A stretch of DNA of 63,448 bases, counting the filler, from Parasitella parasitica NRRL 2501 (lineage: Eukaryota; Fungi; Mucoromycota): the NCBI GenBank assembly GCA_025201805.1. It is 8 parts of 8 records of this genome, joined end to end, with 100 filler letters (N's around TTAATTAATTAA, not from the genome) between each part and the next. Parts side by side here need not be neighbours in the genome. Positions count along the whole stretch, not along the records: positions 24,127 to 36,771 come from MU619262.1; positions 36,872 to 40,609 come from MU619482.1; 6 more parts are not named here. One strand, given 5' to 3'. The translations under genes were made by a program, and so were the position numbers. Below the pieces are notes generated by a model that saw only the letters and a list, made by a program, of their open reading frames with translations, had not been told where the DNA came from and ran no database searches. Positions 29,038-40,709 of the stretch are shown here, in pieces; the stretch's first letter is position 1; each line of letters starts with the position of its first letter.

Positions 29038-31037
29038 ATGACACAAATATACAAAGCGACTTATTCAGGCGTACCAGTCTACGAGTTCAATTGTAACAAT
29101 GTTGCTGTCATGAGGCGAAGATCAGATTCTTACCTCAACGCGACACAAATATTAAAAGTAGCCGAGTTTGATAAACCACAAAGAACTCGAATTTTAGAGA
29201 GAGAAGTTCAGACTGGCCAGCATGAAAAAGTACAGGGTGGCTACGGAAAATATCAAGGTAGGCGACTGTACAAATTTGGGTAGCGTGTCTATATTAACAT
29301 GCTGTAGGCACTTGGGTTCCCTTTGAACGAGGAGTTGCATTGGCAGAGCATTACCATGTTGATACCATACTACGCCCCATTTTCGACTATGTGAAAGGCG
29401 ATGTCAGCCCCCCTTTAGCTCCTAAACATGTTACTGCCGCATCATCTCGACCAAGAAAGCCGCGCAATACAGAACCAAAACGAAAGAAAGTGATTGTTAA
29501 ACGCATGCTGACGGAGGAGGACATGGACGTTGATCTGGATAATCACCATGATTTCAACAGCTCGGCCTTTAATGAGCAGTCTTTTGTCAACAATTTTAAC
29601 AATAAAAATAGGCGACCGCGTGCCTTGACAGACTTTGCTGACCAAGACTATGAATTGAATCATGATCGCACCTATGCACAGAAATTATTACAGTACTTTA
29701 TTTCAGATGATAACGGCATACCCGCTATTTTGCTTCGTCCCCCAGCAGATTTGGATGTTAATGTGATTATCGACGATGAAGGACACACCAGCTTACACTG
29801 GGCGGCAGCTATGGGAAGACTAAAGCTGGTCAACATATTGATTGATCTAGGAGCTGATATTTACCGGGTCAACTACAAAGGACAAACGGCTTTGATGAGA
29901 TCTGTGCTATTTACCAACAATTTCGACGCCAAATCCTTTTTATTTTTGATCGACATGCTTAAAAAGACAATATTCAATATTGATAAAAAGGACCAAACTG
30001 TATTCCACCATGTTGCAGCGACGGCAAGTTGGAAAGGCAAAGTGCATGCTTCGAGATACTATATGGAATGCTTAATAGAGACATTGGCGTCAAACCAATC
30101 AGAATTAATATCCATACTTAATGTCCAAGATGTTTATGGTGATACCGCCTTGTCTATCGCGGCTAGGATTGGAAATAAGAAACTGGTAAGATTACTTGTC
30201 GATGCCGGTGCGAGCGCTGAAATTGCAAACGAGGAAGGCATGACAGCGCAAGACTATCTATCAGAGATCGAAAGAAACAACAGGTTTCAGCCACAAGCGC
30301 AGGCTTCATCCAGCGCAGCCGATGATATATACCAGAAAAACGACCATCGAGTAGAGTTGGCAGCTAGGACCAAGTTACGGCACACTGTGGAAGGATTGTT
30401 CAAAAAGATTCTGGTGGGCGATAGGTCACAGCCGCCCATTGTATCTCAAGTGTTTGATGGCCTAGCAGGGAACTATGAAAGGGATTTGATTCAGAAAGAT
30501 CATTTAATCAAAGAAAAGAAGAACGATTTGGAATTGGCCAAGAAGAGACTCGCAGGCACCAAGCACACATTTGAGCAAATCCAATACGATCCAACAAAAC
30601 TGCAGGTTGTAGAGCACGGATCTCAGAACTTAAGTAAACTACTCGTCAAACAAACACTGGTCATACAGAAAGAGTTGATTGACAGTCTGATTAGTGAATA
30701 CAAGCAAGAAACACCTGCGCAGTTTTCTGATAGCATAAATCCTGCTTCGCTGTTGACGGAATTAAAGCAACTGCAGCAAGATAGAAAGAGACACACTGAA
30801 CAGTTAATGCAGCTTCTAATGAAAACGCCGAGTAAAAGACACCAAGAATATAAACGACTTATATCCATGTGCTGCAATGTTTCGTACGAAAACGTTGATT
30901 TGATGTTATTGCCACTGTTATCATCATTTAGTGAACTAGATGCATCCACTGAATCTATAGACACAGATCAGCCATTTGCAGACCAGTACGATTCTCGATT
31001 GAAGGGAAAAGAGCGAGAGCAAACTCAATCTTATTGA
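29038..31037 (+). CDS. MBP1: APSES/KilA-N plus ankyrin cell-cycle transcription factor (Mbp1/Res1/Res2-like)
   Basis: [45 protein letters not shown], ankyrin repeats and YKRLISMCC; one intron at about 29258-29307. Confidence 0.92.
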
Positions 31038-31227
31038 TAATTATATACAACCAATTTGTTTAAAAATAAACATTTTTGTTGGATATGCTGTAATTTTCAT
31101 TTCATCTTTAAATACACTCGCTATCCTTTCATGGAGCAAAATGCATATTGATATAAGTCAAAAAGGGATTTTAATAAATGAAACTTAATAAATAAGAAAA
31201 GGGACAAAGTGAGGTGTCTAACGCAAT

Positions 31228-32480
31228 CTAGGGTAGTCCAGTAAAGATGATAGCAAGAGAGGATATCCTATCTCTTGCTTGATGGGACATGTTCTGCAAG
31301 ACTAAGATTCAGTTTGAGTTGGTGCAAACAGTAGTTCCATTTAGCGATTTGATTTTATCACCAACAATCTGCATTGTCGGATCTGATGTTTCTGGAAGTA
31401 GTATATGCATGTTTGACAAGTGTTGTTTCATCCTTGATGATTGTATGACAGTATCTTGAATGGACCTCTAATCCATACTCCACCGTATATGCAAAACCAT
31501 TTGATTCTTGATCCAGTACCCTAACCACGATTACCATAAAATATAATTGTAGATCCTTTGCGATTCTGATCGACGAACTTGCGTTCATTGGCACAAAAGA
31601 GTGTCCACGTACCGATTCCTTCTGAATTCTTTCCTTGATTTTTACGGGCATTGCTAATGCTATAGTAGTGTTCCGTTCTTTCTTGAACTTGTAAAGCCGG
31701 TTCTCCTTTAAAACATCTGTACTTTCTTTACACAGATCTTTTGGTCGCTGTTCAAAGGGCTTAATTACATTGAGCAATTAGTCCTGCCTGGATTTGATTT
31801 CGTCAGAAACTTGCGGCAACGACTTGACCCTCTTTGGAGCTGTTTTGCTTGAAATTGCTGTCCATAGGAGCTGGCTAATTGATGAATTTTGATAATGATA
31901 AAGAAGGAACGAAAGCTAGCATCTTTTGCTTTCAGTTTCAATATCTTTTAAAGCGATTTTTCCCCATTAAAGTCAAAGATGCTCATTCCAATAGAGCATC
32001 TTTTGATTCTCTGCGAGCAAAACAAAAATAAAAGGGATGCTGCGCCGAAGATTAATGCGACCAGATTACCAGACATAATCAAAGGTGAAAGACTGTTTGT
32101 AAACTTGCTGTAACCCATCGCACGAAGAATTTCGTTGGTCATCAGAACAAATGGCAAACGGAAAGACATTAATAACTATTTTCTTCGGATACGATGGGAA
32201 TAATAAGATTGCAGATTAAAAAGCACACTCTTGTTTTATTTGCGGTAATATCGTTACAAAGCCGTTTTAAAATAGTTGCCATAATAATTTTGCCGTGATT
32301 CATGAAAATTGCATTTCTAATAACCACTCAAGGACCTGAATTCTTTTTCTCGATCATTACTAGTTTCATCATCAATAACTATAATCTCTTCCTCAGCGGC
32401 AGCAGGATTAAAATCAACTTGAAGTTCAAGCGAAACAGCATCATTAATAAGCTTGGCATCAAGTTGTTGACTAGAATATG
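31228..32480 (-). pseudogene. Decayed Fanzor/TnpB-like nuclease, GSRIK..GG-type family
   Basis: Joining frames gives IIFYGNRG*GTGSRIKWFCIYGG, IIKDE..T.QTC and NGTTVCTNSN*...QARDRISSLAI (RuvC-II, zinc finger, RuvC-III order), with upstream LPFVLMTNEILRAMGYSKFT. Many lesions; RuvC-I not found; the 5' limit is approximate. Confidence 0.65.
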
Positions 32481-33979
32481 CTGTTGACTGTGCGGCAGTA
32501 GCAGCTCCTCTGTTATAACAATGACATGCTATACGGCTTGTATCCAGATCAAGGGGCTAAATCCAATGTGCTTGGGTAAAACAGGGATTTAAGCCGCATG
32601 CTCTACATATTAAACCTTAGTTACAATTGTACATAATGTTGGTACAATAAAAGAGTAAAAAATGTAAGTCGAATTGAGCATACAAATGTACGATGTCTTG
32701 ACATCGCCTGCTTTGATCAATGACTTTAAATACATTTTAATTAAATGTAGACATGTTACATTAAAAATCATATTGTGTTTTTATTAGGTTTTCTATAAAA
32801 AAAATACATTAATAGTAACGATATCAACAAGGATTAATTGCATTTTGTGCAAAATATCGAGTATTTTCCTTGTTTTTTTTATGTAATGTGTCATGTATAT
32901 GATGAAAGCTTTTTTAGTGTTTTATCAGCAACAATGATTGAACATCTTTTTTTTTTATTACCTTGATGCTATCTTTTCAGTGATTTTTTTGAGTGTTTAG
33001 TGACGAATTGAGCACTCTTTGTATTTATAGTCATATTCTTGAATATATGGTGATTATTTTTAATGTTTAGTGATGAATAAACGTCTAATCGTAATTTTTT
33101 GAGCACAAAGTCAATAAAAAATTGTGGGCAAAAAACCAAAAGCTAATTGAAGCTTACGATGTTTGAGTGATTGACTTTTACATTTTATGCGTAAATCTAA
33201 TTGCTGCTGCTTATTTTTGACGCCTAGTTGCTAATGAGTCACCAGTAGCTAAAATTATATCACACAAGTTAGCCATAGTCATAGTGAATGATTAAGTGAA
33301 TGAGTATATTAATAAAGTACGGGCAAACAAAATATAGTTTAACATTGTATTTATGATCTTCTTGAAAAAAATGATGCTTAAATCGACGCAAATGAAATGT
33401 ATCATTTCATCAACTTGTTGAGAGCTGCCTCGATTACTACAGTACTACATGACATATTGGCGTTAAATCGACAAAATAAAGATAGTATGAGCAGATGAAT
33501 ACTCACCACCGAACACTAGTTCAATAACATAGACTTGTCGTGGAGAATTGAAACATAAAATTTACATTTGGGCTGCAATAGATGCATAATTTTGCAATCT
33601 ACGGCAGAAATTAAGACAGTTGTCGTCTCCATCAACAGCATTGACAAAAGCAACATCATGAATAGCAGGCATAGTGGAGATACTGAAACATGCTACATCG
33701 AGTAGCTCGAAATTTATGATCACGAGAATTTGTGAGAAAAAAAAAAAAGAAACCAGCAAAAACATATAAATAGTGAAACAAATGTCAACTTGATCCGTCA
33801 TTATCATTTTACCAATATTGATCTGCCATAATGTAGGATAGCAGATCATGGTAATGTACTTCAATTAAAGATTGGAGATTGTCCAGTGATGTGTTGTTGT
33901 AATTGTCGAAACAGGAGGATAAAGTCTTTTCATTTATCAGGTAAAGATCCGTTTATTACATTCAAAAATAGAGGGTTTA

Positions 33980-35983
33980 TGTTGGGTTAAAAAGATAATA
34001 AAAACCAAATGTTAACGAGATACGAAAACTTAAAGATACTTTATTTAAGATCGAAATTGCATCTGCTATTTATACTTTTTACAACTGCATAAATTTATGG
34101 TGACTTATTTAGATTACTAATTGACAAGACTAATTCACAGTGACAATCTACTTGACAGGGTACGATATGAGGTTATACAGCAAGGGCTACACGTCTTTGA
34201 TCTGACAGAGCCTTAACCTTTATCCTGGTGCTCAGATCTGTGTTACTTACAGGAATAACCTTCTTGATTTGAAACAGAGACTTTATATATTCTCCAATTT
34301 ACACAAGCGTATCACATTACATCATTGGACAATGTGGAATCGGTATAAATTGTTATATGGATTCACGGAAAAAAATTATAAAAAAAACAATAAAGTCAAC
34401 TTGATAAAGGTATAGGTTTTATTATCAAATCGACAGGTGTATAAAGCTCCGGTTCATCTACTGGCCAGGTAGATGAACCTTTATATACTTAAACTGTGGA
34501 TAAATGTTCTATTTGCGATAAAAAAATATAATAAAAAAGCGGAAAGGATATACAATTATAACTCTTCGATATTTATTCAAAGTTAAAAATGTAAGCCAAG
34601 ATCCATCAAGTTGAAAGATCTTGGATGTATTTATATAAAATATAATCTGTATATTTCATGTTACTAATGCAGTAACTGGATTGTCTCCAATTTAGGCTTC
34701 ATGGGAAAGCAGTAACGATTGTGGTTCATAAGAAGCACAAAGGTGTACAATTGTCTTTATATGTTGAATGTTAATGGTGATATTTGTCATGTTCAATGTT
34801 GTTCTCAAGGACACGGTTCTTAATAAAGAAATGTCTTACTAATTCAAATAAGATGTGTGAAAGACTGCCAGTAGTTCACATCACTATTCTCGCAATTTAA
34901 CATGTACGACAATACTGCGTAACTAGCATCTTAACTTTGTGCTAATAACCTACATATCAGCAGACTCAAGATAACTTAAATCTATTTGAGTGAGGAGATA
35001 GACTTTACCCGAGGTAGTACCCTGATCAATCTTCTATGCGAAGATTATTAATATCGATNNNNNNNNNNNNNNNNNNNNNNNNNNNNNNNNNNNNNNNNNN
35101 NNNNNNNNNNNNNNNNNNNNNNNNNNNNNNNNNNNNNNNNNNNNNNNNNNNNNNNNNNNNNNNNNNNNNNNNNNNNNNNNNNNNNNNNNNNNNNNNNNNN
35201 NNNNNNNNNNNNNNNNNNNNNNNNNNNNNNNNNNNNNNNNNNNNNNNNNNNNNNNNNNNNNNNNNNNNNNNNNNNNNNNNNNNNNNNNNNNNNNNNNNNN
35301 NNNNNNNNNNNNNNNNNNNNNNNNNNNNNNNNNNNNNNNNNNNNNNNNNNNNNNNNNNNNNNNNNNNNNNNNNNNNNNNNNNNNNNNNNNNNNNNNNNNN
35401 NNNNNNNNNNNNNNNNNNNNNNNNNNNNNNNNNNNNNNNNNNNNNNNNNNNNNNNNNNNNNNNNNNNNNNNNNNNNNNNNNNNNNNNNNNNNNNNNNNNN
35501 NNNNNNNNNNNNNNNNNNNNNNNNNNNNNNNNNNNNNNNNNNNNNNNNNNNNNNNNNNNNNNNNNNNNNNNNNNNNNNNNNNNNNNNNNNNNNNNNNNNN
35601 NNNNNNNNNNNNNNNNNNNNNNNNNNNNNNNNNNNNNNNNNNNNNNNNNNNNNNNNNNNNNNNNNNNNNNNNNNNNNNNNNNNNNNNNNNNNNNNNNNNN
35701 NNNNNNNNNNNNNNNNNNNNNNNNNNNNNNNNNNNNNNNNNNNNNNNNNNNNNNNNNNNNNNNNNNNNNNNNNNNNNNNNNNNNNNNNNNNNNNNNNNNN
35801 NNNNNNNNNNNNNNNNNNNNNNNNNNNNNNNNNNNNNNNNNNNNNNNNNNNNNNNNNNNNNNNNNNNNNNNNNNNNNNNNNNNNNNNNNNNNNNNNNNNN
35901 NNNNNNNNNNNNNNNNNNNNNNNNNTTCAATCTTCAATTGAAGTACATTGCCATGATCTCCTGTCTATAATTATGGCAGATCA
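33980..35983 (-). mobile_element. Solo LTR family E carrying nested insertion(s) from 34333
   Basis: TGTTGGG...GGCAGATCA termini with GTTTA TSD (33975-33979 and 35984-35988); E sequence breaks at 34333 and resumes at 35926. Confidence 0.88.
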
Positions 35984-36254
35984 GTTTATATACTTTCTAT
36001 GAACTGAGGGAAGCGATGTGAGGATTGAAGTGAACAAGACTAGATTCCCATCATAAAATATTGTCATCTTCCCAACAATAGAAGCTATGACTACAAAGAT
36101 AAACAAATATAGCAGGGATAGAAATCGACATATTATGTCAAAATAGCATGTTGTGCCACAAACTAAAGCCTGAAAAGGAACAATTCATCAAACATTGAAA
36201 GCTTCCTAATCGCATGAATAAGAATTATGTTTCAAATGCCGTCCTTGGTCCATA

Positions 36255-36426
36255 CACTATGGCCTCGCCGATGTTCTCATGAGAATATTGATGTGCATGA
36301 ACGGGAACATTTTTTAGACCCAAAAAAAGTGCTTATCGAGCTAGGTTAAGGCGATAAATGTGCTCATGCGAGAACAAAAATTGAAACATCTTATGATCAC
36401 ATTTTTATGCTCAAATGAGCACATAA
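36255..36426 (+). mobile_element. CACTA-type (CMC) transposon terminus
   Basis: Begins CACTATGGCCTCGCC; about 170 bp is a near-perfect inverted copy of 38039-38211. Confidence 0.75.
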
Positions 36427-36871
36427 TGATGTGTCAATTTCCCAACCGGAAGTCAAACTCAAGTAAACTCAATCCTGAACACAATTCAGGAACATATCCC
36501 AATGGATCATGTTCCTTATTTATAACTCAACATGACATGTTCATGGATAATAGATACGATCTATCGTTCCATTCTCTAGATCACACCATGTCTCACACTT
36601 GTATCTTATCCTCCCATCAGTCCACTTAGATTCACTAGTATATAAACCATCATTTTTTCCATGTAATAAACGAGATCTTGACCTGATTAATTCACAACCG
36701 TTTTATTTGAATAATTTCTCATTCTGATAAATCATTTTTTAATCTGTATCTACCTATCTCGCTTATTACAANNNNNNNNNNNNNNNNNNNNNNNNNNNNN
36801 NNNNNNNNNNNNNNNTTAATTAATTAANNNNNNNNNNNNNNNNNNNNNNNNNNNNNNNNNNNNNNNNNNNN

Positions 36872-38211
36872 TTTTGTCCCGAGTTTGATAAGCAAAAACA
36901 GCAAGCCAACTTTGCAGCCTCTGTCAATTCGCCTGCTACTTTATCCGGTTTTGTAGACAAGGAAAAATTCAGTGATAGTGAGGAAGAATGTGTTGACAAT
37001 GAGGAGTCAGAAAATTTTGAAGATGAAGAAGAATTGGATAATGCTGAATCTATAGCTAGCGAAGCTGAAAATGATGATAAATGTTTGGTTGACAACATGC
37101 ACGAAGATGTAGACAAAAATGACGAGGTGGTTTTGGCAGGTGATCAGAAAACATCCACAGATAGAAGCTCTGCATACTCCAAGTATGCTTCAGATACAGT
37201 AGCTATGAATATGAAGTTGGACATGCCTGCAGAACTGTCGACTGACGCAGCTTTGCGCCAGGTAGCCAAGAAAAAGCAAGCTGAATTCCAAACCAAGCTT
37301 TATGGAAGTACCTCTGCTACAAGCAATAAAGGTAGCAAAAGCAATAGCAAGGGCACTACGGGCAAAGCTATTTCCACTCGTAAAGCGACCCTAAATAAGT
37401 AGTGTTAGTACATTTTTTTCATAGCTATAAGTTGCATTTAGTTAATAAAGGTACACTTTAATACACAAAAAAAAAAAAAAATTTGTGCCCAGTATCTGAA
37501 CATATACGATAATATGAGAGGTTTGTTGCTCATTTTTGCCCTGGATTCTAGAAGTTATGAAGCTAAACCTTGTTACTTTTTTTCAAGATGCTGCCTCCTT
37601 GCTTCTTTTTTCGAGTTTTATATATGATCTAGTGTATCATCTCTTTTCACAATTAATGTAGGTGGTTATTTGTTATTGTCGTCAACATAATTTATTATAC
37701 TCATGCACTTTTCTTGTATATAGCAAATACCTCAGCGGCTGCTTCAATTTCAAATCGGGTAATAGCTAATCTTGCACTGTTTTCCATCATTGCCTGTGTG
37801 AACCAAAGGCTACATAATCAAGACAATATTGTATGTAACGATATGAAATGAAAGCAATAATAAATTACTGGTCCATACTACAAAAATTGAGAGATAAACA
37901 AAAGTTACAGCTACATTTTTATACGCAAATTTTACTTTTCCGAGCACATTTTTTTGAGTGTACGGGCACATTTTCGCTTCATGAGCACATTTTTTCAAGC
38001 CTTTTGAGCGTAATTTTAAGCCTATGAAACTAGTAATCTATGTGCTCATTTAAGCATAAAAATGTGATCATTTAAGATGTTTCAATTTTTGTTCTCGCAT
38101 GAGCACATTTATCGCCTTAACCTAGCTCGATAAGCACTTTTTTTGGCTCTAAAAAATGTTCCCGTTCATGCACATCTATATTCTTATGAGAACATCGGCG
38201 AGGCCATAGTG
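36872..38211 (+). mobile_element. Right part of a CACTA-type element: acidic ORF tail (to 37402), subterminal repeats and TIR
   Basis: Ends GGCCATAGTG, with repeated GAGCACATTT/TGTGCTCAT motifs in 37940-38175. That the ORF belongs to the element is inferred from position only. Confidence 0.65.
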
Positions 38212-40609
38212 ATTTCCTTGTATGAGCCATGTAATAAATTTGGTGACTCATGACTTATTAAAACAGTGCACCACCTCGGCATCTATCATCAACCCCCCCC
38301 TCAGCACCAACATTCTCCTCTACAACACCAAATATTCTTCTATACAAGCTCAGAGAAGGATGTAAGAAGATAAAGCATGCATTTAACGAATACCAAGTTT
38401 GTTGGGTTAAAAAGATAATAAAAACCAAATGTTAACGAGATACGAAAACTTAAAGATACTTTATTTAAGATCGAAATTGCATCTGCTATTTATNNNNNNN
38501 NNNNNNNNNNNNNNNNNNNNNNNNNNNNNNNNNNNNNNNNNNNNNNNNNNNNNNNNNNNNNNNNNNNNNNNNNNNNNNNNNNNNNNNNNNNNNNNNNNNN
38601 NNNNNNNNNNNNNNNNNNNNNNNNNNNNNNNNNNNNNNNNNNNNNNNNNNNNNNNNNNNNNNNNNNNNNNNNNNNNNNNNNNNNNNNNNNNNNNNNNNNN
38701 NNNNNNNNNNNNNNNNNNNNNNNNNNNNNNNNNNNNNNNNNNNNNNNNNNNNNNNNNNNNNNNNNNNNNNNNNNNNNNNNNNNNNNNNNNNNNNNNNNNN
38801 NNNNNNNNNNNNNNNNNNNNNNNNNNNNNNNNNNNNNNNNNNNNNNNNNNNNNNNNNNNNNNNNNNNNNNNNNNNNNNNNNNNNNNNNNNNNNNNNNNNN
38901 NNNNNNNNNNNNNNNNNNNNNNNNNNNNNNNNNNNNNNNNNNNNNNNNNNNNNNNNNNNNNNNNNNNNNNNNNNNNNNNNNNNNNNNNNNNNNNNNNNNN
39001 NNNNNNNNNNNNNNNNNNNNNNNNNNNNNNNNNNNNNNNNNNNNNNNNNNNNNNNNNNNNNNNNNNNNNNNNNNNNNNNNNNNNNNNNNNNNNNNNNNNN
39101 NNNNNNNNNNNNNNNNNNNNNNNNNNNNNNNNNNNNNNNNNNNNNNNNNNNNNNNNNNNNNNNNNNNNNNNNNNNNNNNNNNNNNNNNNNNNNNNNNNNN
39201 NNNNNNNNNNNNNNNNNNNNNNNNNNNNNNNNNNNNNNNNNNNNNNNNNNNNNNNNNNNNNNNNNNNNNNNNNNNNNNNNNNNNNNNNNNNNNNNNNNNN
39301 NNNNNNNNNNNNNNNNNNNNNNNNNNNNNNNNNNNNNNNNNNNNNNNNNNNNNNNNNNNNNNNNNNNNNNNNNNNNNNNNNNNNNNNNNNATACTTCTTT
39401 TATTGTTCGGATACAGTTGAAAGCTGTGAATTATTACAAGTCTCTTTTTATTGTATTGAAATATCTGAAATATACATCAAAGACTAATTCACAGTGACAA
39501 TCTACTTGACAGGGTACGATATGAGATTATACAGCAAGGGCTACATGTCTTTGATCTGACAGAGCCTTAACCTTTATCCTGGTGCTCAAATCTGTGTTAC
39601 TTACAGGAATAACCTTCTTGATTTGAAACAGAGACTTTATTCTCCAATTTACACAAGCGTATCACATCACATCATTGGACAATCTTCAATCTTCAATTGA
39701 AGTACATTGCCATGATCTCCTGTCTATAATTATGGCAGATCAAAGTTAACTACAGCAATGCCACTCATGACATAGTTGTAGATTGTCCCACCCGATGGGG
39801 GTCCACGCATCAAATGATACGGCGATTTTTGAAAGTGAAGGCAGCTTATAACGTTGCGGTTATGCAAGAAAAGGACACGAAACAATTTTTCATCGAAGAA
39901 AAAGATGTAAAATATTTGCAAGCTCTTGATGAGCTTTTATTAAAATTCCATATTTCAACTAATTGGTTGAGCTCGCAATCGTAAGTTATAATCAGATTCA
40001 TCAGTACATGGACAATTGCCTTGAAATCTAACATTTCATTTAAAGCCATACTACTCTTAACAGAACTATCCCATTGTACAATTGTTTGTACGATCTCATT
40101 ACTATATACTAGTTTCCTGAGTAAAAATCAAGCTCATCCAGGTTTAGTGCTTGATGGTAACGCTGCATTTAGGAAAAGTTGAGAAAGTATTACGCGAAAA
40201 CAGATGAATCAGATGTCTATTGTGTTTCAACTATGGTTGACCCCATGCTTCAGTTTGGGTACTGGTGGGAAGAGGAGTGGGAAGACGAGATCATCGTGGA
40301 ACAAGAGTTGAAGTGTCGCTCTGCTTTTAGTGGATTTTTAAAGGAAAAATTCAAGGCTATCTCTGGGGTGTTTGCTACAGCATCCACAGCAGCAAATAAA
40401 TCAGCAACAACATCGGTAGCAACAACAGCATTTGCAAACGATGATGATGAAGAAGGAGCAGTGGCCATGATCTCAACAAAGAGAAAAAGAAAGCAGACAG
40501 TGGCTCGTCAGCAATGTGATGGAGTACAATTATCTAGTAGTAAGGGTAGAATGATGTACTATGTTAATGGACTGTTGGTGTATCTAATTGTTGACATTGC
40601 TATCAGGGT
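38212..40609 (+). mobile_element. hAT transposase relic interrupted by solo LTR E
   Basis: CMSHVINLV near 38218 (C.AH.LNL motif), VDCPTRWGSTHQMIRRF near 39778 and LRKYYAKT...Y.VSTMVDP near 40180; contains an in-frame stop. Confidence 0.8.
38400..39742 (-). mobile_element. Solo LTR family E containing a nested family-F LTR
   Basis: TG...CA termini with AAGTT TSD (38395-38399 and 39743-39747); 39391-39479 is the reverse complement of 56868-56956. Confidence 0.9.
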
Positions 40610-40709
40610 NNNNNNNNNNNNNNNNNNNNNNNNNNNNNNNNNNNNNNNNNNNNTTAATTAATTAANNNNNNNNNNNNNNNNNNNNNNNNNNNNNNNNNNN
40701 NNNNNNNNN

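Noticed and set aside
36255-38211. One complete 2-kb TIR element
   Set aside because: A contig linker lies between the ends and the flanks show no shared TSD.
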